This document shows positions 54,187-60,034 of a stretch of DNA of 60,034 nt, in pieces. Position 1 is the stretch's first letter. The number at the start of each line of letters is the position of its first letter. Origin of the DNA: Octopus bimaculoides (taxonomy: Eukaryota); contig NC_068984.1 of assembly GCF_001194135.2 (NCBI RefSeq), positions 116,242,998-116,303,031 on the forward strand. Direction: 5' to 3'. The translations under genes were made by a program, and so were the position numbers. The notes below the pieces were generated by a model. That model saw only the letters and a list, made by a program, of their open reading frames with translations. It was not told the origin of the DNA and ran no database searches.

Positions 54187-54572
54187 GTTGTTGTTGTTGG
54201 CACTCCGTCGCTTACGACGTCGAGGGTTCCAGTTGATCCGATCAACGGAACAGCCTGCTCGTGGAATTAACGTGCAAGTGGCTGAGCACTCCACAGACAC
54301 GTGTACCCTTAACGTAGTTCTCGTGGAGATTCAGCGTGACACAGTGTGACAAAGCTGACCCTTTGAATTACAGGCACAAGAGAAACAGGAAGTAAGAGTG
54401 AGAGAAAGTTGTGGTGAAAGAGTACAGCAGGGTTCACAACCATCCCCTGCCGGAGCCTCGTGGAGCTTTAAGTGTTTTCGTTCAATAAAAACTCACAACG
54501 CCCGGTCTGGGAATCGAAACCGCGATCCTATGACCGTGAGTCCGCTGCCATAACCACTGGGCCATTGCGCCT
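54187..54572 (-). mobile_element. Full-length tRNA-derived SINE (family C) with (CAA)n tail
   Basis: Minus strand: head GGCGCAATGGCCCAGTGGTT (A box), GGTTTCGATTCC (B box), conserved-looking central region, 3' GACGGAGTGCC(AAC)n tail. Confidence 0.85.
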
Positions 54573-55463
54573 CCATGCTCGCGTCATCATACCTTGAAGA
54601 AATATTTGTCTCGTATCCTATTTCCACTGCGAAGTGGTTAGTTTAGTAGAAGTTCTCCATTTCAAGCATTAGAATTCTCATTTAAATATTCATACTAGTT
54701 ATTGGTGTAACTATAAATTTTTAACAGAAATCTAACTCACTTTAGTGGGAAATTTATTTGTTGCTTGATTGAAAAAATAATTAGCTGTATCAGATTTCCT
54801 GGCAGCATTGAAAAGTTTTTAATCTATAATTGTAACAAAAATCAAGGAAAAAATGAAGCAGTAATATTCACCTTAGCGAAATCCATTATAACCCTCACAT
54901 ATTTGCTCCACCATTTTTCTAATTCAATGAACAGCCGGTGAATATGCAGTTTATGGTTTGGTTCACAAGGTTATTTAATAAATTCCAGGACTGAAATCTG
55001 TTAAATTTAATTAATTTGTGTTCTGATCTAATATTTATTTTGTTTAGTACATGATCTGTTTTAAAATCCATAATGACCGACTTAGTACCTCAGCCATTTT
55101 TGTAATCACAACTAGTTATCTTAGTACCTGAGATGTTCTAAAGTCAGTAATGTGTATCTCATTAACCAAAAATACTTTAACGATTACTCAGAAATTTTTG
55201 AAAGAAATTGCTTCAAAGTCCTTAGTATTGTTTTCCATTTTCATGGGGTTGTAATACGATACAAACATAGAAGAGCAAGAGCTGTAATATTCTATCCCGA
55301 AGAAACCCCTAGAACAGATTTTGTGTTGGAACACAGGGTTTCTCTCAGAAGCAAGTTGGTTGCCAGGCACCTGATTTGGTCTTCTCGGTGCCAAATATTC
55401 CAGGACTACTGATATTCTCAACAACGTCCGTTTCAATTGTTTAATATTAATTGTAACACTGTG

Positions 55464-55709
55464 CAATAACCCCTTGCCATATCGCGGTTCACCTATCGCG
55501 GTTCACTTATCACGGTTCACCTATCGCGCTTTATTATTTAATCTTAAGTCGATTCCTCCGTAGTGTTGTTTTGCATTTATAATAAAACAAATATATACAA
55601 ATTATAAAAAATAATAAAAAAGATACAGTACAATACTTCTACTTCGTGGATTTTCAACTATCAAATGGGTTTTTGAAACGTAACACCCTCGATAGTTGAG
55701 GTATTTCTG
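55464..55709. mobile_element. pogo/Tigger-like MITE with subterminal 13-bp tandem repeats
   Basis: Left CAATAACCCCTTGCCATATCGCGG and right CTCGATAGTTGAGGTATTTCTG-TA are degenerate TIRs; three tandem copies of TATC(G/A)CGGTTCAC near the left end. Confidence 0.5.
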
Positions 55710-56292
55710 TATTTGTTTTCTTTCAGATATCACGGACTGCCTGTAAATATATACTTACACAAGGATTCTATTGTTTTCCTATATATATTAGGACTATCAT
55801 CCCATTAGTATGAATATTCATTGTTTCAGTCATATCACCACTTGTGTACGTCGAGGTACAAATGACTGCTTTTAAAAATATGCTAGTCAGTTTGACTGTC
55901 ACATTCTTGACTGGTTTGGGGGAAAACTTGAAGCGTTGAAGGGAAAAATGACTTGTGACAACTGCATTAATAGTAATAGTAATCTCTTCCTACTATGATG
56001 TCAGTGGATGTCATATTCACCAATAATTTTAAGAAATTGTCTGACGGCAAATGCTTTAAAATGTAAACTATATTTCTTCCTCGAAACGGATAACAGCTCG
56101 AGATAACGGGTTTATAACAGGCACAGACACAAACACACATATACATACACGTGCGTGCACACATACACACTTTCTCGCATACACTTATACAATTGAGCGC
56201 GCATATATGCATGCACTCACACACATACATACAATGACACACACACGCACACTCACACACTCACACAAACAAGCACACACACAGACACAGAC

Positions 56293-56328
<36 letters not shown>

Positions 56329-56971
56329 ACACACATACACACACACAAGAAGTTATCCGATATTTGTTCACAAACTAACGAGCTCCCCAAAAGAACGTCT
56401 ATCACTAACAGAAAAGCAGCAAAAACAAAACGAAAAATTTTGATTGCTATGATTCGTTCCTTTACAATTATCATCGTCATCATCATCATCATCATCATCA
56501 TTATTATTATTTTTATCATGTAGTTATATTGGATAATCATTACATCATTAAAAAAGGGAATGTAAATTGAGCCAGATGGTGTTGATTGCGCAATTTTATT
56601 TTTAATTTATTAGCTTGCATAGTTTTACCTGCTCCTGACATAAAATTGATTATCACTGATTTGCATAAAAGTTCATTAAGCATTTGACAATACCAAACCT
56701 AAAAAAGATATAATGCCTCTCATCAGGGTTATTACAGAACAAAAGTAATCAAGGATATAAGTAGCTAACAATAACAGATGGTGTTATATCACGAAATATT
56801 AATGTAAAGATACATGCGTTAACCATTCGTCTTCATTTGTGGTGGAGTACATCCAAATGTAACACTATATATATTTATATATGTACATACATGCATACAT
56901 CCATAAATATACATACATACATACATACATATATCTATATATATATAAATATATATATATATATGTGTGTG

Positions 56972-57011
<40 letters not shown>

Positions 57012-57551
57012 TNNNNNNNNNNNNNNNNNNNNNNNNNNNNNNNNNNNNNNNNNNNNNNNNNNNNNNNNNNNNNNNNNNNNNNNNNNNNNNNNNNNNNNNN
57101 NNNNNNNNNNNNNNNNNNNNNNNNNNNNNNNNNNNNNNNNNNNNNNNNNNNNNNNNNNNNNNNNNNNNNNNNNNNNNNNNNNNNNNNNNNNNNNNNNNNN
57201 NNNNNNNNNNNNNNNNNNNNNNNNNNNNNNNNNNNNNNNNNNNNNNNNNNNNNNNNNNNNNNNNNNNNNNNNNNNNNNNNNNNNNNNNNNNNNNNNNNNN
57301 NNNNNNNNNNNNNNNNNNNNNNNNNNNNNNNNNNNNNNNNNNNNNNNNNNNNNNNNNNNNNNNNNNNNNNNNNNNNNNNNNNNNNNNNNNNNNNNNNNNN
57401 NNNNNNNNNNNNNNNNNNNNNNNNNNNNNNNNNNNNNNNNNNNNNNNNNNNNNNNNNNNNNNNNNNNNNNNNNNNNNNNNNNNNNNNNNNNNNNNNNNNN
57501 NNNNNNNNNNNNNNNNNNNNNNNNNNNNNNNNNNNNNNNNNNNNNNNNNNN

Positions 57552-57582
<31 letters not shown>

Positions 57583-58339
57583 TACATATATATATATTTC
57601 CATATATCTTTCTATAAAATTTCGTTTCCAGACACTGCTGGTAGCGATGTGTTTCTGTGTGTCTGTGCGTGTGTGATTGTGCGTGGATATATGAGCTAGG
57701 GTCTGGAAGCTACGCAGAAGTGCTCTTGTATTATTGACGCATATTTAATTTATTTACTCGTTTGAATGAGCACTAAAGAGGTAGAATAGATATTACAATT
57801 ATTTCTCAAGTCTCCTATTTCTAGTAGTCATTAAATTATTTTGTCTCTTCTAGTAAAGCAAAGACAAATAGAAAATAATAAACTGTAAATCTGACATACG
57901 TTCTCTGTCGTTTTGAACAACACACCAAACTGTCGCAACATTAATTCCTTTCGCTTTATAATCAAGGTTAATGAGAGCTGAGTCAATAAACGAATTGCTA
58001 ATTGATCGGTAATGGTAGAACAGCTACGTGATTTACAATATCCAGATGGAATCGTTTTGATCTAGTAGGATAAAACAGTCAAGTGTATCTTGGAGCATTA
58101 TCAAAAGTATTACTGTTTTCCTATTTCTAATATTAGGTCAGCACTGATGGCATTTGTATCTTTGTTCAGCATGTCAGTAACAGAAGGCCAGCGATAGCTC
58201 TTAGGATCTCATTTCTTACAATATATCGATCTCTGTGGAATCTATTAATGATGCAGTAAGGAGAATCAGCGGTAGCTCTTTCCCATATTTATGAACTGTT
58301 TACCTCTTTTCAATACCTATATCAATCCACCTAGCTCTT

Positions 58340-58381
58340 TGTCTGTCTGTCTGTCTGTCTCTCTGTGTCACTTTCGATCTG

Positions 58382-58416
<35 letters not shown>

Positions 58417-58468
58417 ATATCTATCTATCTCTCTATCTATCTATCTATCTATCTAGCTAGCTAGCTAG

Positions 58469-58500
<32 letters not shown>

Positions 58501-58720
58501 ATGTCTGTCTGTCTGTCTGTCTGTCTGCCTGCCTGTCTGTCTGCCTGCCTGCCAGCCTGTCTGTATGTCTGTCTTTGTTTGTTTGTTTGTTTGTTTCTAT
58601 GCATATATACATACATACACACATACATACACACATACATGCATGCATGCATGCATACATACATACACACATATATACATTCATACATACATACATACAT
58701 ACATACATACATACATACAT
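58340..58720. repeat. Compound (TGTC)(TATC)(TAGC)(TGCC)(TTTG)(CATA) microsatellite
   Basis: Directly visible. Confidence 0.95.
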
Positions 58721-59016
58721 AAAAACGAGTTGTTGCTGAAAAGTTCTTCGCCGTAAGTGTATCGCGAAAGGCCTGGTTGGACGCCCGATCTTCCGAGTTC
58801 TTTTACGCGGCTTAGAAAAACTGAGGGGCTGCTGCAAAAATTGTATGGATCTGAGAGGGGAATGTGTTGGATAAATTTATTAACCGATCCATCTGTATTT
58901 TCTTTTAACCCAATGCCAGGAACTTTCCAGCACATTCTCGTACAAACACAAACATGCATACATATATACATACTTACATACATGCATGTATGCATACATT
59001 CATACATACAACACAT

Positions 59017-59060
59017 TTACGGAGAAATACTTACCGAGGAAGCGTTTTTGATCTGAGACC
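59017..59060 (+). repeat. (CATA)n-adjacent interspersed sequence, inverted copy at 49342-49386
   Basis: CGGAGAAATACTTACCGAGGAAGCGTTTTTGATCTGAGACC is the exact reverse complement of 49342-49382; both copies follow a CATA array. Confidence 0.8.
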
Positions 59061-59699
59061 GTCAGCTAAAACTATAGTATGAAATGTTTACGGGACGATG
59101 ACAGCATGGTTTTAAAACTCTAACTTATGTCTTCCACCCTTGCAATCGCTGTATATAAGTATATATATATATATATATACTTGTATAACTTATAGACATA
59201 TATAAACATGTATAAACACACCCACACATACATTCTTTTATATTTTTATTCTTTTACTTGTTTCAGTCATCTGACTGAGGCCATGCTGGAACCCATAACG
59301 CACATACATTCAGAACCAACGAAAATGAATATGACGAACTAAATTGGGAAAAATGCTTTAACCACCATGAGTAATAGCATGAAATACAGCATACATGCAA
59401 CGATTATATTTTAGGTTTTATTGGAGTTCTTGTTTTTTGGGGAAAAAATTATGTTTATGACCTTAATATTAATTAACATTAAAGAAACGATACTAAAGAA
59501 TTGAAAATAAAATTACACTCTGTGTTGATTTAATATTATGGACAAACATGCACTAACACACATCCCTTCTCTCTCTTTCTTTCTCTCCTCTCCCTTTTCT
59601 CTCTATATGTATACGCATGTATATATCTATGTATGTAAGTATGTATGTATACATACTTATATACTTACATACTTACTTAAGTATGTATGCATATATAAA

Positions 59700-59931
59700 G
59701 GCGGCGAGCTGGCAGAAACGTTAGCACGCCGGGCGAAATGTTTAGCGGTATTTCGTCCGCCGCTACGTCCTAAGTTCAAATTCCGCCGAGGTCGACTTTG
59801 CCTTTCATCCTTTTGGGGTCGATAAATTAAGTACCAATTACGCACTGGGGTCGATATAATCGATTTCATCCGTTTGTCTCTCCTTGTTTGTCCCGTCTGT
59901 GTGTAGCCCCTTGTGGGCAGTAAAGAAATAA
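59700..59931 (+). mobile_element. tRNA-derived SINE family A, near full length
   Basis: Colinear and highly similar to 51873-52112. Confidence 0.9.
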
Positions 59932-59939
59932 GTAACGTC

Positions 59940-60034
59940 AAAATGAAGTGTCTTGCTCAAGAACCCAACAGAGAGCCAGGTCTGGGACTCAAACTCACTA
60001 CCTCAAGATTGTGAGCCTGATGCTCTAACAATGC
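59940..60034 (-). mobile_element. tRNA SINE head (family D-like), cut by the window edge
   Basis: Reverse complement: GAGTTTGAGTCCC B box, then TTCTTGAGCAAGACACTTCATTT. Confidence 0.55.

Noticed and set aside
53967-54236. ORF with a signal-peptide-like N-terminus (MAFLFIYCIFAVFVLSGC)
   Set aside because: It is hydrophobic because of T-richness, runs into a SINE tail, and has no recognisable domain.

Overview
AT-rich, microsatellite-saturated metazoan genomic DNA with ten N-gaps, nearly all abutting simple repeats. Its tRNA-headed SINE families resemble those I recall from octopus/coleoid cephalopods (inference, no search run). No intact protein-coding gene is recognisable: almost all long ORFs in the track come from microsatellites or gaps, and only a few low-confidence candidate exons can be proposed. 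The window is a TE graveyard: four or more tRNA-SINE families, two mariner transposase relics, pogo/Tigger-, hAT- and piggyBac-like MITEs, a Penelope-like (PLE) RT fragment, a 5'-truncated R4/Dong-like RLE retrotransposon ending in (CATA)n, and a Helentron/DINE-1-like internally repetitive element. The most striking object is a ~400-bp insertion at 19674-20098. It has a tRNA(Arg)-like Pol III head, a tail folding into a minimal PLE-type hammerhead ribozyme, a 101-bp near-perfect inverted copy of that tail placed in front of the head, and a 15-bp target-site duplication. This suggests a SINE/retrozyme hybrid mobilised by Penelope-like elements. A 162-bp loop-less palindrome inserted into a SINE (43688-43849) also stands out.
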